Shown here: positions 19,981 to 30,071 of the stretch, in pieces
Layout of the letters: every line of letters starts with the position of its first letter
Numbering within the stretch: position 1 is the first letter of the stretch
Assembly: GCA_919901915.1 (NCBI GenBank)
Contig: CAKKQB010000028.1
Span: 38,499-102,498 of the forward strand
From: Omnitrophica bacterium GWA2_41_15
Lineage (GTDB): Bacteria > Omnitrophota > Gorgyraeia > Gygaellales > Profunditerraquicolaceae
DNA: 64,000 bases
Direction of reading: 5' to 3'
The notes under the pieces: model-generated
What the model was told of the DNA's origin: nothing
Seen by the model: only the letters and a program-made list of their open reading frames with translations
Databases searched by the model: none
Position numbers and translations under genes: made by a program

Positions 19981-20118
19981 TTCTACCTCCTAATATAATC
20001 AGACATCCTTATTGCTTCTCTATTATAGGATATCTTAACAAGAAAATTGCCTCCATTAACAACCTTGAGGGGCAATTTTCGCAGTGGTACAGGAAAGTTT
20101 TATACTTTCCTGTACCAT

Positions 20119-20145
20119 AAAAAAAAAAGGGGCACTACCCCTTTT
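20119..20145 (-). terminator. Probable intrinsic terminator
   Basis: Minus strand AAAAGGGG-TAGTG-CCCC followed by T10. Confidence 0.6.
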
Positions 20146-20212
20146 CCAAAAAACTTGTTACTCCTGCCTCCTTTTATATTATTTTCTTATTGCTAAAGCA
20201 ACTAACTCATTA

Positions 20213-20590
20213 CTATTTTTTAGATTTTTCAGCTTTGTGAACGTTCAATGCTTCTTTGAGGTCTTCCTCAAGAGTTTCCCTTAGCTTACTTATCTTTTGA
20301 ATTTCATCTTTAAGACTCTGATTGACCAATTGCTCCTGCACCAGGGCCTTTTTTATTGCCTGGCCGCCGATCTTTTCTTCCTCTAACTCGCTCTCTCTTG
20401 TCCTCAAGCTTTCCTGTAAAATTGTTTTTTCTTGAGAAATTTTATTCACCTTCTCTTCTAAATCAAGTCTTAAACCCATTTCCCTATCCCGGCTAGCCTT
20501 TTGCAAAAATGTATTACTACACGACTTTAAGGTTGACACAAAAAATATTACATTCAATATAGCTAGTATTAAAATAATTCTATTTTTCAC
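20213..20590 (-). CDS. Membrane-anchored coiled-coil hypothetical protein
   Basis: N-terminal hydrophobic helix, E/K/L-rich heptad pattern, GGAG RBS before GTG start. Confidence 0.7.
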   Translation of the reverse strand: MKNRIILILAILNVIFFVSTLKSCSNTFLQKASRDREMGLRLDLEEKVNKISQEKTILQESLRTRESELEEEKIGGQAIKKALVQEQLVNQSLKDEIQKISKLRETLEEDLKEALNVHKAEKSKK

Positions 20591-20593
20591 CTG

Positions 20594-20753
20594 AAAATCT
20601 CCGCGACTCGTTTAAAAATCATCTTGTGAATTCTATTTTGGGCGAGCAAGCCCGCCCCTACGCGAATCGCTACATAATTCCTACGTGTTTTGCCGCGTAG
20701 GGGCGGGCTTGCCCACCCTTTCTCACTTAAAAATCTCCGCGACTCGTTTAAAA
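20594..20753. repeat. GTAG REP doublet flanked by a perfect 24-bp direct repeat
   Basis: AAAATCTCCGCGACTCGTTTAAAA at 20594-20617 and 20730-20753; REPs at 20640-20664 and 20694-20718. Confidence 0.9.
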
Positions 20754-20826
20754 TCAATGCGTCAAAACAACACGATTTTCATTCTTATTGGTGCCCCACC
20801 AAAGCGGGGCATGAAAGTTTCATAAT

Positions 20827-21468
20827 TTACTTAAGATTTTCCCGCGGCTCCCTAATGCTTTGCGCTGCTTCTTTTGCTTTGCTGTCCTTAGACAAAATTA
20901 CAATTTCAACCCTGCGATTTAATTGGCGGCCATCCTTTGTGTCATTAGACGCGACCGGATGAAATTCACCATAGCCAACCGCGGACAGGCGCCCTGGTAG
21001 AATTCCTCCATTATCAACCGTATAATGTAAAACGCTCAATGCCCGAGCTGTGGAAAGTTCCCAATTTGTTTTCCACCCGGAACTCTGAATAGGCTGATTA
21101 TCCGTATGTCCTTCTATCCTCACATTAAAATCTGACACGTTCTCTTTCAAAACCTTAGTTACTTTAGTAAGCACCTGATAAGCCTCATTTTTAATTTCCG
21201 CTTTTCCTGAATCAAATAAAAGATCGCCTAACACAGTAATCACTAAGCCTCTTTCTGACATATCCACCCTTACTGACTTTTCCTGAATTTCATTCTTAAG
21301 CCTTCCCTCAAGAAGTCTCTTTGCTTGTTCTAGTTCATCCAATCGCGCGGACAACTCTTCAATTTTTTGAATATCTGAACGCCTTCCTTTTTGAAAAATA
21401 AATGTACACCCGCTAAGAGCTACTGATAAAAATGCTATAACCATCATTCTAAAAAATTTTACTTTCAT
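20827..21468 (-). CDS. OmpA/MotB-C domain lipoprotein
   Basis: Lipobox LSGC; LLFDSGKA, IEGHTDN, NWELS.ARA, GYGEFHP, NRRVEI. Confidence 0.9.
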   Translation of the reverse strand: MKVKFFRMMVIAFLSVALSGCTFIFQKGRRSDIQKIEELSARLDELEQAKRLLEGRLKNEIQEKSVRVDMSERGLVITVLGDLLFDSGKAEIKNEAYQVLTKVTKVLKENVSDFNVRIEGHTDNQPIQSSGWKTNWELSTARALSVLHYTVDNGGILPGRLSAVGYGEFHPVASNDTKDGRQLNRRVEIVILSKDSKAKEAAQSIREPRENLK

Positions 21469-21582
21469 AAATTACGCCTCCTAATATAATTTTTAGGCAT
21501 AACTATAAATTATGCCTAACTAATAGCCTCGAACGAATTTCGTAAAAGACTATATTTTTGGAAATTTTCAAAGTGAAACTTA

Positions 21583-21611
21583 ACTGTAACACAATCAATG
21601 AGTTTAGTCAA
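21583..21611 (-). promoter_or_regulatory. Putative sigma70 promoter for the OmpA/MotB gene
   Basis: TTGACT-17bp-TACAGT with extended TG. Confidence 0.55.
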
Positions 21612-21647
21612 GTATAAATTTCATTACACAATTCGTGGTAATTCCTG

Positions 21648-23111
<1,464 letters not shown>

Positions 23112-23129
23112 CTAACCGCTATACGTTGA

Positions 23130-24368
23130 TTACGGACTCATCGTAAATATCTTACGCGCGATATCCGGATACTTCGCGATAAATTTTAGCTCATCTTCAA
23201 CTAAAGGTTTCTGATTATGAACATTGGCATATCTAACCAATTCCAATACCTCTGCCGCTTCGGCGTTATCTTTAAAAGCAACCTCTATTTTATCATAAAC
23301 ATTTCTAAAACCCTTAATTCCAGAATATTCTCCTGTAGTAATTTGACGTCCTGTCTCAATTATCTCCGGCTCGCCGCGGCCTAATTCCTCAAAATCATAT
23401 AGCTCATAATTACGCCTGTCTTTAAGCGCCCCATCAGCATGAATTCCTGATTCATGCGCGAAAGCGTTCGCGCCTATCCCAGGCTGATTTATAGGTATAG
23501 GCACGCCAAAGGCATAAGAGGCATATTTACAAATTCGCCAAGCAACTTTTAACCTTATTCTTTCATCAAGTTGATATTCTTGCATCGCGTTTCCATATTT
23601 TATAGCCAAAATTACAGAAATCAAATCCGCGTTGCCTGCGCGCTCACCCATGCCATTAACGCAAGTATTAATATAGGCGTCGCATCCAGCGTCATTTGCC
23701 GCCCTCGCGCCCGCGATTGAATTTGCCACAACCAACCCCAAATCATTATGGCAATGAACCTCAATAGGTAGCTTAACCGCTTCAGCTAAAAGTTTTATTC
23801 TCTCATACATTGTAAAAGGAGTGTCGCAGCCCAAAGTATCGCAATAACGAATCCTGTGCGCCCCCGCTTCCTTGGCGCTCATAGCAAACTCAATTAAATA
23901 CTCTAACCTCGTGCGTGAGGCGTCTTCCGCGTTTACACCGATAAGCTCAACGCCTAATTTAGCCGCTTCCCTCACCGCTTCCATCATTTCTTTTATCACC
24001 GACTGATGATCAAGTTTTCCTTTAAACTTATGCGTAATCATCTGGTCAGATGTAGAAATAGAAAGATTCACATATTTAAGCCCCTCTACAAATTTAAAAG
24101 CGGTATCAACATCTTCCTTAGTTGCCCTTAACCAACCGCTTAATTTTATAGGAAAAAGCGCGCCAATTTTTGCCAACTCTAAATTAGCGTTTAAATAATT
24201 TGTTTCATGGCGTGTAACCGGAAAACCAAATTCCGATTGAGACACCCCCATTTCATTTAAATAAAGATTGAGCATTGTCTTCTGCAGTTTAGAAAGACAT
24301 ATCCGTGAAGTCTGAACCCCGTCGCGGTTAGTCACATCGATAATATAAATTTTTGGTTTGTCTGTCAT
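23130..24368 (-). CDS. Homocitrate synthase-like (DRE-TIM) acyltransferase
   Basis: DVTNRDGVQ, NAEDASRT, HCHNDLGL, GMGERAGNA, FAHESGIHADG; exact substrate not determinable. Confidence 0.85.
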   Translation of the reverse strand: MTDKPKIYIIDVTNRDGVQTSRICLSKLQKTMLNLYLNEMGVSQSEFGFPVTRHETNYLNANLELAKIGALFPIKLSGWLRATKEDVDTAFKFVEGLKYVNLSISTSDQMITHKFKGKLDHQSVIKEMMEAVREAAKLGVELIGVNAEDASRTRLEYLIEFAMSAKEAGAHRIRYCDTLGCDTPFTMYERIKLLAEAVKLPIEVHCHNDLGLVVANSIAGARAANDAGCDAYINTCVNGMGERAGNADLISVILAIKYGNAMQEYQLDERIRLKVAWRICKYASYAFGVPIPINQPGIGANAFAHESGIHADGALKDRRNYELYDFEELGRGEPEIIETGRQITTGEYSGIKGFRNVYDKIEVAFKDNAEAAEVLELVRYANVHNQKPLVEDELKFIAKYPDIARKIFTMSP

Positions 24369-24410
24369 ATTTCACCTCGCATAATATTTATTAAACAATT
24401 ACACTGATAG

Positions 24411-24537
24411 GACTGTGTCATAACTCCACTTTTGTGTCATTGCGAGGCTTCCAAAGGAAGCCGTGGCAATCTTTTTCCAACGAGAAATATTTTTAAGATT
24501 ACTCGCCTTCGGCTCGTAATGACATCGTGACACAGTC
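24411..24537. mobile_element. MITE-like element with 10-bp TIRs enclosing a GTCATTGCGAG../..CTCGTAATGAC inverted pair
   Basis: GACTGTGTCA (24411-20) / TGACACAGTC (24528-37); no clear TSD. Confidence 0.6.
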
Positions 24538-24551
24538 TGAATGCCTCGTCT

Positions 24552-26414
24552 CTACTGCTTCTTTATAATCTTCCTCAATTCCTCCTTCGACGGCACGGCT
24601 TTTGTGGAAAATATTTCCTGATTATCCACAAGATACGCCGGGCCAAACATAACTCTTAGTTCTCTGTTAAGTTCGATATTCTTCCTTAAAAGATTTTTCC
24701 CTTCACTGCCCCTGGCGCACGCCTTTACCTCACTTAAATCCATACCGGCTCCGATACAATCATCCCACCAGGAACTTTTAGAATTTTGCGCCCGGCAACT
24801 TATGTAATTCCAAAACCTTTGCGGATAATACTTCTGTACGCATACCGCGCGTAAACACTCTTCAGTCTCAAAAGCGCCTCTTTGCGCGTCAAATCCATTT
24901 TCATTTTCAACCGCCAGAAAATGAATCTGGGGATCAAACTCCCTTGCTGTATCTAATAATCCCGCGGCATCTTCATCAAATAAACTTATAAATAAATCTA
25001 ATTTTTTATTTATTTTTAACCTGCTGATAAATTGGGAAATACCGCTGAATTCCGGCTTCAACATATAAAAATCGCCTTTTACCTCTAAATTACGTTTAAG
25101 ATCTTCAAATTTTTTCTCCTTATCAACTTCTTTACCTAAAAAATAGGCAGGCAGGCTTGATATAGAAAATTTCTTAATAAGGTCCTGCGCCTTTTCCCCG
25201 GGATAATATTCATAAGAAACAATTAAATTGGGGAAATCCCTTTTTAAGGCTTTAATCGGTGTTTGCGTATCGCATACCCTGCAATTCTTTGGGGTAATAA
25301 TCAAAAGATTAACCTTACCTGATTCTTCAAATGAACAACGAGAATCTAATTTCCCCGGATTATGGCACGTTCCAGCAAGGCCATCTTTCTTACAATTGGT
25401 ATCCTGAAAACAACGCGGCAATAAAGAAAGAACCTCTGGATCATCCTGTATTTTGTCCGAAAGACGCAGAGTTTCTATCTCATATTTTACTAGCTTATTA
25501 TCCTTTAAAGTAATGGTTGCCCTGCCTAACCTGCGCCCCTGCCAAGAGCTCCTTAAAAATAACGTATTAGCTATTTTTTCAAAAGAAGAAATCCCCTCTT
25601 CTTTTGAAAAAGAATCCTGTAAAATAACGATATCTACGCCTTTCACAGCGCTAATCAAATCAAGAGTGTCCTTCTGGGGCAAATAACTTAAAAGCACAAT
25701 AATATTAACAGGAATTTTTTTTAATTCTTCAACTGATTTTTTAAGCGCTATAATTGGCTCGATAATTTTGGAGCCCTCCAGCTTCTGCCTCGCGTAAGGA
25801 TCAGTTATCCCGACAATCCCGACTTTTATGTTTAAAATTTGTTTTATAATATAGGGTTTCACAAAAGGAAACTCATCCGTAGAAATATTGCTTGATAAAA
25901 AAACTAATTTTGTTTTGGCGGCATTATCCTGAAAAAAACTCCTGCCAAGATTAAACTCATCACTGCCGATATTCAAGGCATCATATTTCATCAATTCCAT
26001 TGCCCTAAGGTTGATGAGCGACCTCTCCGAGTCAAATTGCGTATTCTGCGTCCACTCATCCAAAAGGCCGCCGGCAAAGAAACCGCCGGAATCCAAAAGC
26101 AGGCTTTGAGGATATTTTTTCTTAATCTGCTTAATTAAACTTGCTCTGCGGCTAATACCGCCATCAATCTCTTTCGGACAGCTACAGGGATAAAGCATAG
26201 CGTGGGTGGAACCGGTATAAAGGATAGTAATTTCTTCAGCAAAACAAGTAAACATAAAACCATAAATACAAAATGCAAAAACGCAAATCAATGTTTTAGC
26301 GTTTAGCGGATAGCGTTTAGCGGATAGTTTATCATGTCCTATACGCTCTACGCTATGCGCTCTACGCTCATCTTGCTCTACGTTATACGCTTGACATTTG
26401 AATCTCTTTATCAT
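24552..26414 (-). CDS. Exported UshA/5'-nucleotidase-like metallophosphoesterase-fold protein fused to a Cys-rich/thioredoxin-like C-terminus
   Basis: ITILYTG..H..LYPCSC...GG.SRR, LLLDSG, M.YDAL.IG..EF.LG; C-terminal CxxC and CLRAVC..YISCR. Confidence 0.7.
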   Translation of the reverse strand: MIKRFKCQAYNVEQDERRAHSVERIGHDKLSAKRYPLNAKTLICVFAFCIYGFMFTCFAEEITILYTGSTHAMLYPCSCPKEIDGGISRRASLIKQIKKKYPQSLLLDSGGFFAGGLLDEWTQNTQFDSERSLINLRAMELMKYDALNIGSDEFNLGRSFFQDNAAKTKLVFLSSNISTDEFPFVKPYIIKQILNIKVGIVGITDPYARQKLEGSKIIEPIIALKKSVEELKKIPVNIIVLLSYLPQKDTLDLISAVKGVDIVILQDSFSKEEGISSFEKIANTLFLRSSWQGRRLGRATITLKDNKLVKYEIETLRLSDKIQDDPEVLSLLPRCFQDTNCKKDGLAGTCHNPGKLDSRCSFEESGKVNLLIITPKNCRVCDTQTPIKALKRDFPNLIVSYEYYPGEKAQDLIKKFSISSLPAYFLGKEVDKEKKFEDLKRNLEVKGDFYMLKPEFSGISQFISRLKINKKLDLFISLFDEDAAGLLDTAREFDPQIHFLAVENENGFDAQRGAFETEECLRAVCVQKYYPQRFWNYISCRAQNSKSSWWDDCIGAGMDLSEVKACARGSEGKNLLRKNIELNRELRVMFGPAYLVDNQEIFSTKAVPSKEELRKIIKKQ

Positions 26415-28006
26415 AGCCTTATCCCCTTCACTGATAAAATATTTTCTATTTTTTTTATCTCTTCCAAGATTTTCGCTGAAACAGGAGTATCCACATTTAA
26501 AACGCTTATTGCTTTTCCACCGGGCGCCTCGCGGCCAAAGGTCATAGCCGCAATATTAATATTGTATTTGCCTAAAAACATTCCCAGATTTCCGATAATA
26601 CCCGGCCTATCCCAATTCTCCACAAAAATCAAATCCCCCATAGGAATCACTTCAACATAATACTCATCAATCTTTACAATGCGCGGCTGTTTATTGGAAG
26701 AAAGGGTGCCTAAAATTCTCCTGGTTTCCTTATCGGTCTTAAGCTCCAATTGAATCAGGTTTACAAATTCCTCTTCCTTTGAAGATTTTGCCTCATTGAT
26801 TTTAATACCTCTTTCTTTAGCTAACGCCAAAGCATTGATAGAATTAACTGTCTCGCCAAGTATAGGAGTAAGCAATCCTTTAACCAAAGCTAATGTCAGA
26901 GGCGTTAAATTATGCCGGCTGATATCGCCGCTATAAATTATATTTAATTCTTTTAACCTGCCCTCAATTAGTTGACAGCTGAATAAGCCTGTCTTCTCTG
27001 CCAGATTAATATACGGCTCAATAGCCTTATACGCCTCTGGTTCCACGCAGGGGTAATTGGCGGCATTCTGAATACCTTTGCCTAAAAGCGCGTCAGAGAC
27101 AATATGTGCCACTTCGATTGCCACATTAACCTGCGCTTCTTCCGTGGAAGCGCCCAAATGAGGGGTGAGGATAACATTATTTAATTTTAAAAGCTCGCTG
27201 TCAGCCAAAAGCGGCTCATTCTCAAAAACATCCAAAGCAGCGCCGGAAACCTTACCTTCTTTAACCGCCTTAACAAGCGCCGCCTCATCAACAATACCGC
27301 CCCGGGCGCAATTAATTACGCGCACGCCTTTTTTCATAATCGCGAACTGTCCATCTGATATCATATGCTTAGTCTCGCTGGAAAGCGGCACGTGAACCGT
27401 AATGTAATCAACCCGCTGAAACAGCTCTTCTAATTCCACTACCTCTACCCCAATGCCTTGCGCGACTTCAAGCGACAAATACGGGTCGAATGCTAAAATC
27501 TTCATCCCGAATGATTTAGCCCTTTTAGCCACTTCTGTGCCAATCCTTCCCAATCCAACGATACCCAATATTTTACCATAAAGTTCAACACCCATAAACT
27601 TAGAACGTTTCCACTCGCCTAATTTTACCGAAGCATTTGCTTGGGGAATGCTCCTGGAAAGCGACAAAATCATACTCATTGTATGCTCGGCTGTAGAAAT
27701 AGTGTTACCCGCGGGCGTATTCATCACGATTATACCCTTTTGCGTAGCTGCCTCTAAATCCACATTATCTAATCCCACGCCGGCGCGGCCTATTACTTTC
27801 AGCCTGTCTGAAGCGCCAATAATATCCTTAGTTACCTTGGTAGCGCTTCTTACCACTAAAGCATCGTAATCTTTAATTATCTCTTTTAACATTTCCGGCT
27901 TTAAGTCTGTCTTCACATCAACCTGAAATTCTTTCACGTCTCTAAAAATTTTCAATCCCTCTTCTGATAACGCATCGCTAACTAATATTTTTTTCATTTT
28001 ACGCAC
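26411..28006 (-). CDS. serA: D-3-phosphoglycerate dehydrogenase (long form with ACT domain)
   Basis: VIGRAGVGLDNVD, GLGRIG, INCARGG, TPHLGAST.EAQ, DRPGIIG. Confidence 0.97.
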   Translation of the reverse strand: MRKMKKILVSDALSEEGLKIFRDVKEFQVDVKTDLKPEMLKEIIKDYDALVVRSATKVTKDIIGASDRLKVIGRAGVGLDNVDLEAATQKGIIVMNTPAGNTISTAEHTMSMILSLSRSIPQANASVKLGEWKRSKFMGVELYGKILGIVGLGRIGTEVAKRAKSFGMKILAFDPYLSLEVAQGIGVEVVELEELFQRVDYITVHVPLSSETKHMISDGQFAIMKKGVRVINCARGGIVDEAALVKAVKEGKVSGAALDVFENEPLLADSELLKLNNVILTPHLGASTEEAQVNVAIEVAHIVSDALLGKGIQNAANYPCVEPEAYKAIEPYINLAEKTGLFSCQLIEGRLKELNIIYSGDISRHNLTPLTLALVKGLLTPILGETVNSINALALAKERGIKINEAKSSKEEEFVNLIQLELKTDKETRRILGTLSSNKQPRIVKIDEYYVEVIPMGDLIFVENWDRPGIIGNLGMFLGKYNINIAAMTFGREAPGGKAISVLNVDTPVSAKILEEIKKIENILSVKGIRL

Positions 28007-28042
28007 CTCCTGATAGTTTTAATAACAATTCCCTCCCCCTTG

Positions 28043-28136
28043 TGAGACTGGGTCAAATAGCTGTGTCATTCCCGCGAAAGTGGGAATCCTGAGACTGGGT
28101 CAAATAGCTGTGTCATTCCCGCGAAAGCGGGAATCC
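28043..28136. repeat. 47-bp tandem duplication containing a dRS3-like palindrome
   Basis: TGAGACTGGGTCAAATAGCTGTGTCATTCCCGCGAAAG(T/C)GGGAATCC at 28043-28089 and 28090-28136, one mismatch. Confidence 0.92.
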
Positions 28137-28163
28137 ACGAAGGGAAATACTTCTTATTAAACC

Positions 28164-29303
28164 CTATACCCTCAAAAACACTTCCTCCGCCGCTTTTACG
28201 CCAGAACCTAATTCAAATTTGTATCCCATTTGAGTCAAAACTTTTTCCAGGCATGATATGCCGAGAATAATATCAAACTCTTCAATAAAACCCATATGGG
28301 CAATCCTGATCAATTTGCCTTTCATTTCATCCTGGCCTCCGGCAATGGTTATGCCGTAAGTATCGCGCATAGTTTTAACTAATTTCTCGCCGTCAAGGCC
28401 CGCGGGAACATTAGCCGCTGTAACCGCGTCAGAAGAATTACTGCCGGCAAATAATTCCAGTCCCAGCGCCTTCATCGCCGTTCTTACGGCAACCCCAAGC
28501 TTTTTGTGGCGCGAAAACACATTTTCTAAACCGTCCTCCTTAAGCATTTTTAACACTTCATTCAAGGCAATAATTAAAGTAATGGCGGGAGTAAAAGGGG
28601 TATCTGTTTTATCAAGCGCCTTTTTTGCTTTTTTTAAATCAAGATAATACCTAGGGCATTTCGCGTTTTCAACTAAGCCAAATGCCTTTGAACTTACAGA
28701 AATAAATCCTAAACCCGGGGGAAGCATCAGGCCTTTTTGCGAACCGGAAACCACTACATCGCAAAACCAAGCGTCGGTTTTAAGGTCAACAGCGCCTAAG
28801 CCGCTTATGGCGTCAACCACTAATACCGCCGGTGTATCTTTTATGATTTTACCAATAGCCTCAATATCGCTTTTCGCGCCGGTTGATGTTTCACATAAAG
28901 TTGTAAATACGGCTTTTATTTTTGGATTTGCTCCTAACCTGCGCTCTATCTCCTTAGGCTCAACCGCATGCCCCCATTCCACTTTAATAACATCACAATT
29001 TACATTATTCGCGCGACAGATCTCTGTCCAACGCTCGCCGAATTTTCCAGCCTCCACTATTATCACCGTGTCGCCGGGGGATAACAAATTTACAACTGCC
29101 GCCTCCATCGCGCCTGTCCCAGAAGAAGCTAAAATAAAAACATCGTTTTTTGTCTGGAATACATACCTTAGGCCGTCAGTCGTCTCTTTTAGAATTGCCT
29201 GAAATTGCGGAGTCCGATGATGAATTATCGGCCTGGACATCGCCTCGCAAACATACGGCGGTAATGGTGTTGGCCCGGGTGTTAATAAATAGTTTTTGCG
29301 CAT
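28164..29303 (-). CDS. Class V PLP aminotransferase (serine-pyruvate / SerC-substitute), start trimmed
   Basis: LLTPGPTP, SSGTGAMEAA, VDAIS, SGSQKGLMLPPGL; upstream of serA. Confidence 0.9.
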   Translation of the reverse strand: MRKNYLLTPGPTPLPPYVCEAMSRPIIHHRTPQFQAILKETTDGLRYVFQTKNDVFILASSGTGAMEAAVVNLLSPGDTVIIVEAGKFGERWTEICRANNVNCDVIKVEWGHAVEPKEIERRLGANPKIKAVFTTLCETSTGAKSDIEAIGKIIKDTPAVLVVDAISGLGAVDLKTDAWFCDVVVSGSQKGLMLPPGLGFISVSSKAFGLVENAKCPRYYLDLKKAKKALDKTDTPFTPAITLIIALNEVLKMLKEDGLENVFSRHKKLGVAVRTAMKALGLELFAGSNSSDAVTAANVPAGLDGEKLVKTMRDTYGITIAGGQDEMKGKLIRIAHMGFIEEFDIILGISCLEKVLTQMGYKFELGSGVKAAEEVFLRV

Positions 29304-29319
29304 AGACACCTCCTTGTGT

Positions 29320-29392
29320 GCGTATCTCGTATCTCGTGAATCGTATCTCGTCATTCGTCGTTCGCATTTCGTAACGATTCACGAGATACGAA
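29320..29392. repeat. Two-armed heptamer array (CGTATCT / CGAGATA family)
   Basis: CGTATCT CGTATCT CGTGAAT CGTATCT CGTCATT CGTCGTT ... CGATTCA CGAGATA CGAAC; shared with 35173-35255. Confidence 0.88.
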
Positions 29393-29393
29393 C

Positions 29394-30005
29394 TTATTTC
29401 TTCTGGCTAACAATCACCTCATCAATAATTCCGTAATCTTTAGCTTCATTCGCGGACATAAAATAATCTCTATCCGTATCCTTTTGTATCTTATCCAAAG
29501 ATTGCCCCGTATGAACCGCCAAAAGGCCGTTTATAGACTCGCGCATCTTTAAAATCTCTTTAGCATGACGGGAAATATCTTCCGCGGTTCCCTGAACGCC
29601 GCCCCAAGGCTGATGAATCATAACTCTTGAATTAGGAAGCGTCTGACGTTTTCCTTTTCTACCCGCGCATAAAAGAAGCGCGGCTATGCTAGATGCCTGG
29701 CCCACGCAATAAGTCGCCACATCGCACTTGACAAACTGCATGGTATCGTATATCGCAAGGCCTGCCGTAACTACTCCGCCGGGAGAATTTATATAAATAT
29801 TTATATCTTTATTAGCATCCTCCATCTGCAAAAACAACATCTGCGCAATCGCTAAATTTGCCACATAATCATCAATAGCAGTCCCAATAAATATAATACG
29901 CTCTTTTAATAACCGGGAATAAATATCATAGGCCCGTTCATAACCCCGCGAAGTCTGCTCGATAACCATCGGAACCAATGTCTGATTTTTAATCTCCATA
30001 CCCAC
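29394..30005 (-). CDS. clpP: ATP-dependent Clp protease proteolytic subunit
   Basis: [34 protein letters not shown]. Confidence 0.98.
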   Translation of the reverse strand: MGMEIKNQTLVPMVIEQTSRGYERAYDIYSRLLKERIIFIGTAIDDYVANLAIAQMLFLQMEDANKDINIYINSPGGVVTAGLAIYDTMQFVKCDVATYCVGQASSIAALLLCAGRKGKRQTLPNSRVMIHQPWGGVQGTAEDISRHAKEILKMRESINGLLAVHTGQSLDKIQKDTDRDYFMSANEAKDYGIIDEVIVSQKK

Positions 30006-30071
30006 CTCCTCAATTAATGTCTACTGTCAAGGTCTGACCCCATTTTAGTTAACACAACCGGGGTAACTTAC

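Noticed and set aside
26140-26230. Selenoprotein (UshA-like Cys-x-Cys motif)
   Set aside because: The motif PCSC uses Cys codons; there is no in-frame TGA.
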